The notes beneath the pieces were generated by a model. It was not told the origin of the DNA. It ran no database searches and saw only the letters and a list, made by a program, of their open reading frames with translations. Below, piece by piece: positions 19,946-27,912 of a DNA stretch of 64,000 nt (within the stretch, counting starts at the first letter, position 1; the number at the start of each line of letters is the position of its first letter). The position numbers were made by a program, and so were the translations under genes. Source of the DNA: Cyanobacteria bacterium P01_A01_bin.123 (GTDB lineage Bacteria; Cyanobacteriota; Cyanobacteriia; Phormidesmidales; Phormidesmidaceae); assembly GCA_039815185.1 (NCBI GenBank), contig JBCBZT010000025.1, positions 32,001 to 96,000 of the forward strand. Reading direction: 5' to 3'.

Positions 19946-21901
19946 ATGACAACCTCTTCCCCCCACTGGCATCGCATACTCGATCTGGATGAACTCCCCG
20001 AAGGTCGAGTCAAAACTGTAACGGTTGGCCACAAAAGTCTGGCGGTGACCCACCACGACGGGCAGTACGGGGCCTTAGACAACCACTGCCCCCACCAGGG
20101 GGGGCCATTGGGGGAGGGTTCGATTGAGAATGGACTGTTGCGATGTCCCTGGCACGGGTGGGACTACTGTCCCCTGACAGGTAAGGCTCCTGGTGACTTA
20201 GAGGTGGACGATGCCCTCGAAACCTTTGCTACAGAGGTACGAGCGGACGGGGTTTATGTGGCCATGCCAGAGGAGGAAACCCACATCCGCACGGTTACCG
20301 ATGTGATGGCGGAAACCCTGGTGAACTGGGGCGTGACCCATATTTTTGGCATGGTGGGCCACTCTAATTTGGGCTTGGCCGATGCCCTGCGTCGTCAAGA
20401 AAAACAGGGCAAGCTGACGTTCATTGGTATTCGTCACGAGGGGGCAGGGGCGTTTGCGGCTTCGGCCTATGCCAAATTGACGGGTCGCCCGGCGGCTTGT
20501 TTGACCATTGCCGGGCCAGGGGCGACGAACCTGCTGACAGGCATGTGGGACGCCAAGGTCGATCGCGCCCCGATTTTGGCCCTAACTGGGCAAGTGAAAT
20601 CCCAGGTGTTGGGTACGGGCAACTTTCAAGAATGTGATTTGGCGGCGGCATTTAGCGGCGTTGCGGTTTGGAGCCAAACGGTATTAAGCCATAGCAAGCA
20701 TGCTGAGCTCGTGAGTCAGGCGGTGAAGCATGCGCTACTTCAGCGAGATGTGGCCCATCTGATTTTCCCCGATGAGGTACAGACTGAGCCCGCCGTGGCT
20801 GAGGCTAAAGCTGCTAGCCCGGTGGGGCGGTTGACACCGCTGCAAATTGCGCCGCCACCAGAATCTTTGGATCAGGCTCTGACCTTACTGAAATCGGCTA
20901 AGCGTCCGGTGATTATTGTCGGGCATGGCGCTCGGTTTACCATGCCGCCGATCATTGCTCTGGCAGAATTGTTGAACGCGCCCGTGTTAACCACGTTTAA
21001 GGGGAAGGGGCAAATTTCTGACCGTCATCCCCTAGGCTGTGGGGTGTTGGGACGCAGCGGTACCCCGATTGCTTCTTGGTTTATGAACGAGTCTGATCTA
21101 TTGCTGGTATTTGGCGCATCTTTCTCAAACCATACGGGGATTTATTCAGGCAAACCCACCATTCAAGTAGACTTTGACCCGATGGCATTGGGCAAATTTC
21201 ATCCCGTAACGGTGCCCGTGTGGGGGGAAATCAGCGTGGTGGTAGAGCAATTCAAAACAGCGCTGGTGGATCACAACGGTACTGAAGATCAGCGGCCTCA
21301 AGTGGCGGAACGCTGGGCTATCTGGCGGGCGGAAAAACTGCGTCGTGAACGGGATGATCGGGGTAACGGGGTGAATTCAGCGGCGATCTTTGCGGCGATG
21401 ACTCGCCAGGTGCCTGCCAATGCCGTGATTTCAGTCGATGTGGGCAACAATACTTATTCTTTTGGACGCTACTTTGAGTGCGAGGCCCAGTCGGTGCTGA
21501 TGTCGGGGTATCTGGGCTCTATTGGCTTTGGATTTCCGGGGGCGATGGGGGCTTGGGCAGCGGCAGGCCATGAACGCCCGATTGTCTCTGTCTCTGGAGA
21601 TGGTGGGTTTGGGCAGTATATGGGCGACTTCAACACGGCGGTGAAATACGGCATGAACATCACCCACATCCTGCTGAACAACAGTGAACTCGGCAAAATT
21701 AGCAAAGAGCAGCGAGCCGGGGAATGGGATGTGTGGCAAACGTCGCTGCATAATCCTGATTTTTCTAAATATGCCGAAATTTGTGGGGGGTTTGGGGTGC
21801 GAGTGATCCAATCGGATGAGTTGGATAACGCGATCGCGTCCGCATTGGCCTACAATGGCCCAGCCATCGTCGAGGTGATGGCTGATGTGGATTTGATTTA
21901 A
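19946..21901 (+). CDS. Rieske [2Fe-2S] domain fused to a ThDP-dependent pyruvate oxidase / acetolactate synthase-like enzyme
   Basis: Rieske motif CPHQGGPLGEG...CPWH; IRHE catalytic Glu; GPGATN; ThDP motif GDGG...NN. Confidence 0.9.
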   Translation: MTTSSPHWHRILDLDELPEGRVKTVTVGHKSLAVTHHDGQYGALDNHCPHQGGPLGEGSIENGLLRCPWHGWDYCPLTGKAPGDLEVDDALETFATEVRADGVYVAMPEEETHIRTVTDVMAETLVNWGVTHIFGMVGHSNLGLADALRRQEKQGKLTFIGIRHEGAGAFAASAYAKLTGRPAACLTIAGPGATNLLTGMWDAKVDRAPILALTGQVKSQVLGTGNFQECDLAAAFSGVAVWSQTVLSHSKHAELVSQAVKHALLQRDVAHLIFPDEVQTEPAVAEAKAASPVGRLTPLQIAPPPESLDQALTLLKSAKRPVIIVGHGARFTMPPIIALAELLNAPVLTTFKGKGQISDRHPLGCGVLGRSGTPIASWFMNESDLLLVFGASFSNHTGIYSGKPTIQVDFDPMALGKFHPVTVPVWGEISVVVEQFKTALVDHNGTEDQRPQVAERWAIWRAEKLRRERDDRGNGVNSAAIFAAMTRQVPANAVISVDVGNNTYSFGRYFECEAQSVLMSGYLGSIGFGFPGAMGAWAAAGHERPIVSVSGDGGFGQYMGDFNTAVKYGMNITHILLNNSELGKISKEQRAGEWDVWQTSLHNPDFSKYAEICGGFGVRVIQSDELDNAIASALAYNGPAIVEVMADVDLI

Positions 21902-21909
21902 ACCTTATT

Positions 21910-21966
21910 CAAGTTCAGACCTGGAATTTTGCCTATAGGAAAAGTCCACATTCCGAGCTGAACTTG
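21910..21966. repeat. Imperfect palindrome centred on CCTATAGG
   Basis: Outer arms CAAGTTCAG/CTGAACTTG; inner arms TGGAATTTT/AAAAGTCCA. Confidence 0.6.
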
Positions 21967-22027
21967 GTATAGGTCAATTCTTTGGCCGATTTACAGAACT
22001 GTTTTGCAAGGTTGAGAGGTAATCAAA

Positions 22028-22303
22028 ATGGATGGGGTTGGGGTTGCGATCGCAGAAACGATTATCAAAATTGTGCGGGGCTATTTGTTCGCCGGATTGG
22101 TTTTTTCTGTACCCTTCTTAATTTTTGGCATTCAGCGCGTAGATCCGTCGGTGCGCTGGCATAACATCCTGTTTCGGGTTTTCATTTTGCCCGGTCTTTG
22201 CGTCTTCTGGCCGCTGTTTGCCGTGCGTTTAGTGCGGGGTAAGCGCCACCCGGTTGAACGCAATGCCCACCGCATTGCTGCTGGCCAAAACCATCCAGCT
22301 TAG
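22028..22303 (+). CDS. Small two-TM membrane protein
   Basis: 91 aa; ATG after GAGAGG; hydrophobic segments; FRVFILPG...WP...PVERNAHR. Confidence 0.7.
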   Translation: MDGVGVAIAETIIKIVRGYLFAGLVFSVPFLIFGIQRVDPSVRWHNILFRVFILPGLCVFWPLFAVRLVRGKRHPVERNAHRIAAGQNHPA

Positions 22304-22314
22304 GGAGAGTCACG

Positions 22315-22815
22315 ATGATTTTAGAAGAACGTCGAGTGCATTTCTACGCCTTTTCAGGGCTGGCTGTGGTGTTGCCCATCGTGTTCATTGCTGGGTTAGT
22401 GCTGCGCCCCAACTATGATGCTGTGAGCAATGAAGCAACTACCGATCTCTTTGCCCAAGCCGGATTTGCCACGGGGGAGGCTGGAGAGGCGATCGCCTCT
22501 GACACCCTCTCCCTAAAGGGAATTACCCTCACGGCAGAGTCAACTCGCAGCTCTGAGGGCGCTGTAATTTTGACCCTCCAACCCCAGCGCGACCCTGAAG
22601 TTGCTGATTTGTTGGTCTATTGGATGGCAGGTGAGGGCGAACCCGAAACCATTGATGCTGATGTCGTACTGCTGGGCCAGTTGGCCGGCACCGCCCGCCG
22701 CCAGTTTGAGGTACCCGCAGGGATTCAGGGGCAGGCTGGGCAACTGGTGTTTTATAGCCAAGGCCAACAGCAGGTCATTGGCACCGCACCGCTATCGGCA
22801 GAGATGACTCAGTAA
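22315..22815 (+). CDS. Membrane-anchored hypothetical protein with a beta-rich soluble domain
   Basis: One N-terminal TM; DLLVYW...LLGQL...LVFYS; RBS GGGAGA; 11 bp after the previous gene. Confidence 0.7.
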   Translation: MILEERRVHFYAFSGLAVVLPIVFIAGLVLRPNYDAVSNEATTDLFAQAGFATGEAGEAIASDTLSLKGITLTAESTRSSEGAVILTLQPQRDPEVADLLVYWMAGEGEPETIDADVVLLGQLAGTARRQFEVPAGIQGQAGQLVFYSQGQQQVIGTAPLSAEMTQ

Positions 22816-22826
22816 GGGATTGAACT

Positions 22827-23909
22827 ATGAGTACGGCCTACAAATCGATTCAGTGGAATCGTCAAAAAATTATTTATGACCTGGTGCTGTGGGCAGCGGT
22901 GGCGGCTTACATTGTGCTGTTTATGAGGGTGACCCAAAACATCGGCAGCGACCTAGACCTACGCGGTGTCCGGATTCGCGCCTACGGGTCGGCGGCGTTT
23001 ATTTTGCTGCACGTAATTCTTTCCATTGGTCCCCTGACCCGCCTTAGCCCCAAGTTTTACCCCCTGCTGTTTAACCGACGGCACATGGGGGTGACGATGT
23101 TTTTCTTAGCCCTGGTGCATGTGGTGGGGTTAGAGTTACCGCTCTTGCCCTGGAAGTTTGACGGTGCTCTCACCTGGTACCACGATTTTGGCAATCTCGA
23201 CCCATTGGTGAGCCTATTTGTCGGCAATAGCCACTATGGCGACTTTATCCAGTTTCCGTTTGAAATGCTGGGTGTTGTCGCGTTGGCAATCTTGTTTGTG
23301 ATGGCGGCCACGAGCCATGATTTTTGGTTGGTTAACCTCACGGCTCCGATTTGGAAGGCGCTGCACATGGGGGTATATCTGGCCTATGGGTTGCTGGTAG
23401 GGCACGTGGTGCTGGGGGCGCTGCAAAGCAACCGCCATCCGCTATTGACTGTTGCCGTAGGTGTCGGATTTGTGTGGATTGTGGGTCTGCATTGGCTGGC
23501 TGGTAAGCGAGAATTCGATCGCGATAAATCCCCAATTTCCGCCCCTCAAGATGGATTTGTTGAGGTGGGCAGCGTTAGCGATATTCCTGAGAGTCGCGCC
23601 AAAATCGTTACCCTGGCCGGAGAACGGGTAGCCATCTTTAAGTACGACGGCGAAATTTCGGCAGTGTCCAATGTGTGCCAGCACCAAAACGGCCCCCTGG
23701 GCGAGGGCAAAGTGGTGGATGGCTGCATCACCTGTCCCTGGCATGGCTATCAGTATTTGCCAGAGGAAGGGGCATCCCCACCCCCCTTTACCGAGCGCAT
23801 TCCCACCTTTGATGTGAAACTCAACGGCGATCGCATCTGGGTCAAAACCACCCCAAATCCACCGGGTACCCATACCCCTGCTGCCGTGATTCCCCCTCAA
23901 TTTGTCTAG
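22827..23909 (+). CDS. Ferric reductase-like (MsrQ-type di-heme) membrane domain fused to a C-terminal Rieske domain
   Basis: His pairs in RRHMG...ALVH and WKALH...VGH; C-terminal CQHQNGPLGEG...CPWH. Confidence 0.88.
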   Translation: MSTAYKSIQWNRQKIIYDLVLWAAVAAYIVLFMRVTQNIGSDLDLRGVRIRAYGSAAFILLHVILSIGPLTRLSPKFYPLLFNRRHMGVTMFFLALVHVVGLELPLLPWKFDGALTWYHDFGNLDPLVSLFVGNSHYGDFIQFPFEMLGVVALAILFVMAATSHDFWLVNLTAPIWKALHMGVYLAYGLLVGHVVLGALQSNRHPLLTVAVGVGFVWIVGLHWLAGKREFDRDKSPISAPQDGFVEVGSVSDIPESRAKIVTLAGERVAIFKYDGEISAVSNVCQHQNGPLGEGKVVDGCITCPWHGYQYLPEEGASPPPFTERIPTFDVKLNGDRIWVKTTPNPPGTHTPAAVIPPQFV

Positions 23910-23930
23910 GATTTTTGTCTGAGAACCGCC

Positions 23931-24689
23931 ATGAGCACTCCAACCAACGACGAGTTTTACGTCAATTACGGTAAGATTCCCCCCAGCTATCGCCGCTTCT
24001 TGGTGAAATTTATCCCCCTTTTGGTGATTGGGGCGATTCTATTTGCATTAATCTTTCCCCGCGTCCACGACCAGTTCAATTTGGGCAAAATCCAGGGCGT
24101 TAAAGAATATGAGGGTTTTCTAGCGACCAACCCGGTTCCCCACATCATCGTGCCTCGACCTGGCAATACCGCAGGCGAAGCCGCCTTTTCTCGCTACATT
24201 CTCTCAGCGACCAATAAGGCTGGCCCGAGCCCCAGAATTCTGGAGCAAGCGGGTAACTGGGTCACCCTCAGCGGCATTTTAGTCTCGCGCAATAACCTGT
24301 CGGTAGTAGCTGTACGCTCTGCCGAACCGCTCGATCCGCCTGCAGGGGTGACCGTGCGCCCTGACGAGGGCGTCTCGCTCGGCGAATTTGCTTTGGATGG
24401 CGAAATCGTGGATGGCAAATGCTATCCCGGTATTATGAAACCGGGGCGAACTAAAACCCACCGAGCCTGTGCTATTCGCTGCATTAGCGGCGGCGTACCC
24501 GCTGTATTTCGCGTCAGCAACGGTGGTGATGTGATGTATTTCTTGCTGGCTGATTTAGCAGGAGAAGCCGTCAATGATCGGGTTTTGGATTTAGTCGCCG
24601 ATGATGTGCGCATCACTGGAGAAGTCATTCAATATGACGACATGTATGTGATTCAGTCTGACCCAGCCAGCTATGAGCGGTTGGGCTAG
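23931..24689 (+). CDS. Membrane-anchored protein with a Cys/His metal-binding-like motif
   Basis: N-terminal TM; GEIVDGKCY...KTHRACAIRCISGGVP. Confidence 0.75.
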   Translation: MSTPTNDEFYVNYGKIPPSYRRFLVKFIPLLVIGAILFALIFPRVHDQFNLGKIQGVKEYEGFLATNPVPHIIVPRPGNTAGEAAFSRYILSATNKAGPSPRILEQAGNWVTLSGILVSRNNLSVVAVRSAEPLDPPAGVTVRPDEGVSLGEFALDGEIVDGKCYPGIMKPGRTKTHRACAIRCISGGVPAVFRVSNGGDVMYFLLADLAGEAVNDRVLDLVADDVRITGEVIQYDDMYVIQSDPASYERLG

Positions 24690-24715
24690 TTATTTAAACA
24701 GGGTTGACAGGCGTT

Positions 24716-25414
24716 ATGGGGCTAGAACTGAAAAGTGTTGTCCCATGGGGGCGCTGTTTTGATGAATATCGTCGCATGTTCGAGCTCAGTGATGCTGACT
24801 TGGCCCGCACCCTGCTGGACTGTGGTGGTGGCCCTGCCAGCTTTAACACCGAGATGACTCAGCGGGGATACACCATCACCTCTTGCGACCCGATTTATCA
24901 GTTCTCCGCTGTCGAAATTGCCCAACGGATTGACGCCACCTATGCCACCATCATCAGTGGCGTTCTAGAAAATCTGGATCACTACGTTTGGCGTGAGATT
25001 CCCAATCCAGAGGTACTGGGCAAAGTTCGGATGGCTGCCATGACCCAGTTTTTAGCCGACTTTCCAACCGGGCTGGCGGCAGGTCGCTACCAGGTGGCAG
25101 CTTTGCCCAACCTGCCCTTTGCCGATCACCAGTTTGACTTGGCCTTGTGTAGCCATTTGCTTTTTACCTATTCTGACCAGTTGTCGCTGGCATTTCATTT
25201 AGAGGCGATAGAAAGCCTGTGTCGTGTTGCCTCAGAAGTGCGAATTTTCCCGTTGTTGCGTTTGGATGGGGAAGCCTCACCTTGGTTACCCCCCATTCTT
25301 GACCGTCTACAAACCCAGAACTTAGAATACGAAGTCAGAATCACGGCCTACGAATTTCAAATGGGTGGCAATCAGCTATTAAAAATTTTTTCTGGCAATC
25401 GCGGCAAAGCATGA
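24716..25414 (+). CDS. Class I SAM-dependent methyltransferase
   Basis: LLDCGGGPASF, LPFADHQFDLALCSHLLF and EVRIFP motifs. Confidence 0.85.
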   Translation: MGLELKSVVPWGRCFDEYRRMFELSDADLARTLLDCGGGPASFNTEMTQRGYTITSCDPIYQFSAVEIAQRIDATYATIISGVLENLDHYVWREIPNPEVLGKVRMAAMTQFLADFPTGLAAGRYQVAALPNLPFADHQFDLALCSHLLFTYSDQLSLAFHLEAIESLCRVASEVRIFPLLRLDGEASPWLPPILDRLQTQNLEYEVRITAYEFQMGGNQLLKIFSGNRGKA

Positions 25415-25839
25415 AAGCGAATCCTACAGAACCTATACCGGCAGAAGCTATTCAACGACTCCACTCTGGCGCACCGTGGGAATCTCAAGTGGGGTATTGT
25501 CGAGCCGTGCGGGTGGGTAACTTTATTACCGTTTCCGGTACTGCCCCCATTGACGAACAGGGTCAAACCTATGCCCCTGGCGATGCCTATGCCCAGGCCC
25601 GCCGCTGCCTAGAACTGATTCAGCAGATCTTAGAAAAAATGGATTCGGGCTGCGATCGCGTGATTCGCACTCGTATGTTTGTCACCGACATTAGCCGCTG
25701 GGCCGAATATGGCAAAGCCCACGGTGAGTTTTTTGCTGCCCATCCCCCCGCCACGTCAATGGTGGAAGTGAAGGCGTTAATTGATCCTGAAATGCTGATC
25801 GAGATTGAGGCGGAGGCCTTTGTTACCCTGCCTGATTAA
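25411..25839 (+). CDS. RidA/YjgF/UK114 family protein
   Basis: SGAPWESQVGYCRAVR, VSGT, PATSMVEV and LIEIEA motifs; ATGA overlap with the upstream gene. Confidence 0.92.
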   Translation: MKANPTEPIPAEAIQRLHSGAPWESQVGYCRAVRVGNFITVSGTAPIDEQGQTYAPGDAYAQARRCLELIQQILEKMDSGCDRVIRTRMFVTDISRWAEYGKAHGEFFAAHPPATSMVEVKALIDPEMLIEIEAEAFVTLPD

Positions 25840-25947
25840 TGCTATCGCTTAGGAAAACGCCACATCCCGAATTGGACAGGGGTTAAGCCTATGAACCTGA
25901 ATGGATAGGCTAGACATTGCCAGGCTCACCCGATAGGCTAGTCGAGT

Positions 25948-26157
25948 ATGCCAAGGCTGAGAGCGATGATTAATGCTGGCGATCTGGTAAAAGCCATTCT
26001 CTGCCGAGGCCCTGAATGCCCCCAGTGGAGAGTTGAGGCTGTAGAAGGTAATGAGGTGCTATTGCGCCATCACTCTGGTTCAAGGATTGATGTCTTACAG
26101 TACGGCTGGACTAATTGTGAAGAATACACTGTGATTCGGCGGGCTTCTGATTTCTAA
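25948..26157 (+). CDS. Small hypothetical protein
   Basis: 69-aa ORF filling an intergenic gap; no recognised motif. Confidence 0.35.
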   Translation: MPRLRAMINAGDLVKAILCRGPECPQWRVEAVEGNEVLLRHHSGSRIDVLQYGWTNCEEYTVIRRASDF

Positions 26158-26196
26158 AGCCCAACTGTCTAATCGTGCGATCGCGCCCAAACAAAA

Positions 26197-26937
26197 TCAC
26201 CCATCAAACGCGGCCTTAAAGAACGCAATAATTTCTACCCAGGCTGCATCTGTCGCCACTGGATCGTAGCGGTAGCCATCATCTCGCATGAAGGTGTGAT
26301 TGGCTTCATACAGCAGGCTTTTATGCTGTGTCCCTGCATCCTCTAAAGCCTTGAGAATTTGGACTCTGCCCTCTAATGGCACGTGGGGATCTAGCGTCCC
26401 AAAGACAGTTAACACTGGCCCGGTAAGTTCGCTTACCCGCTCAATCGTATCGGCGACGCCCCGCCCTAACTTGCCGCTATGAATGCCAGTGGGATAACAA
26501 CACGCTGACGCTTTTACCTCTGACTGCAAGGCTGCTCGAAAAGCTAAATGTCCACCAATACAGAACCCCATGGTGCCGATTTTGCCAGCTGCAACGCTGT
26601 TTTCAGCCGCTAACCAATCCAGCACTGCGCGGGCATCGGCATCATAGTCAGCAATCGCGGTGCGTCGGGCTGCGTCGTTGCCTCGCAACCGCCCTAGATC
26701 GTTGGGTTCAATGATGGTGCCGATGGGTTCGAGCCGATGGAAGATTTCGGGAGCTGCCACCACATAACCGTAACCAGCCAGCCGGTCTGCTAATAGCGTG
26801 ATGGGTTTGCCTAATTGATAAATGTCGGAATAAAACAAGATGCCAGGATACTGGCCCTCAGGTTGTGGGGATGCCACATAGACTCGCATGAGGCTGTCAT
26901 CTACGGTCAACCCAATGTTTTGCTGCTTGATCTGCAT
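26197..26937 (-). CDS. Dienelactone hydrolase family protein
   Basis: GFCIGG nucleophile elbow, DPHV and HTFMRD motifs. Confidence 0.92.
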   Translation of the reverse strand: MQIKQQNIGLTVDDSLMRVYVASPQPEGQYPGILFYSDIYQLGKPITLLADRLAGYGYVVAAPEIFHRLEPIGTIIEPNDLGRLRGNDAARRTAIADYDADARAVLDWLAAENSVAAGKIGTMGFCIGGHLAFRAALQSEVKASACCYPTGIHSGKLGRGVADTIERVSELTGPVLTVFGTLDPHVPLEGRVQILKALEDAGTQHKSLLYEANHTFMRDDGYRYDPVATDAAWVEIIAFFKAAFDG

Positions 26938-27088
26938 AGGGGTAGTTTCTGGTAGGTTGAGGACTTCATGCTATGAATCGGACAATTAGGGTTGCTGTCC
27001 CTCGCGCAACCCTAATTGTGACCAGAGTGCAAATATCACCAAGAGAATCGCGATCCAAGATTCCAGCAAGATGAGGATATTCATCTTC

Positions 27089-27119
27089 AAAAAGCCCCCA
27101 ACAATGATGTCGGGGGCTT
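27089..27119 (-). terminator. Rho-independent terminator downstream of the small coiled-coil gene
   Basis: Minus strand AAGCCCCCGACATCATTGTTGGGGGCTTTTT. Confidence 0.7.
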
Positions 27120-27189
27120 AATCATAATCATTCGAGTCCAAGCTAGCCATGACTGAGAAGCTCGATCTGATCATGCCGCTTCAGACTGA

Positions 27190-27369
27190 TCATGCCGCTT
27201 CAGAATCCTCTGATTCAGACATTTGCCGTTCCATCGTTTGGATAGCAGCATTAGTGGCTGCTAGGCGAGTTTCGAGGGAATCACGGACGGCCTTCAGATG
27301 CTTCAACTTAAACTGCTGATAATCCTTGAAAGAAGGGGCTTGGGAGCCATGGCAAAAGGGAAAGAACAT
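27190..27369 (-). CDS. Small coiled-coil hypothetical protein
   Basis: KLKHLKAVRDSLETRLAATNAAIQTMERQM heptad pattern; followed by a terminator. Confidence 0.65.
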   Translation of the reverse strand: MFFPFCHGSQAPSFKDYQQFKLKHLKAVRDSLETRLAATNAAIQTMERQMSESEDSEAA

Positions 27370-27560
27370 GTTTAGAGACCGAAGCGACAACACATACCAG
27401 TTAACCAGAGCCGGTCTTAATATGTCGGTAAAGTGCTAGACAAAGGCAGGTCATCAACTGACAAGCATGATTTCTCGGCAGTGAGATGCTTCTTAGCAGG
27501 TTTGTTGGCGCAGGTCTCTTGCTGCAGCGCGTGGATGAAGCGATCGCGATCGCCAATCGA

Positions 27561-27830
27561 CTAAAACACCTGGTTCCAGGCATAGACTTCATAGTCTGTC
27601 CAGATGCCGTTTTGCCAGTAAGGGTCGCCTTCGACCAGTTGGCGTATCGTTCCCTCGTCCTCCGCCTCGTAAATGCCGAACACCTTTGTGTTATCTACTG
27701 TTGGCCCCAATGCTGTCAGAATCCCTTGATCCTTTTGAGATTGCAGCCCCTTCAAATGGGCCTCACGATAGGGGGTGCGCTTTTCTAGGGCGTTTTCGCA
27801 GTAGCTGCCCCACATCACAAACTTGGCCAT
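27561..27830 (-). CDS. YciI family protein
   Basis: KRTPYREAHL, GPT and DPYWQNGIW motifs; GTGAGG RBS. Confidence 0.9.
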   Translation of the reverse strand: MAKFVMWGSYCENALEKRTPYREAHLKGLQSQKDQGILTALGPTVDNTKVFGIYEAEDEGTIRQLVEGDPYWQNGIWTDYEVYAWNQVF

Positions 27831-27912
27831 CAGTCCAGTTTCCTCACTTGTCTAACCCTGTTGAACCGATTACAGCTCCTGCAAAATTATGCCTGATTGC
27901 GTGTCGGTTGGG

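Noticed and set aside
19518..20082. Pro-rich and Gly-rich ORFs (19669-19932 plus; 19518-19808 and 19741-20082 minus)
   Set aside because: They are translations of the low-complexity G/C spacer, and two overlap real genes in antisense.
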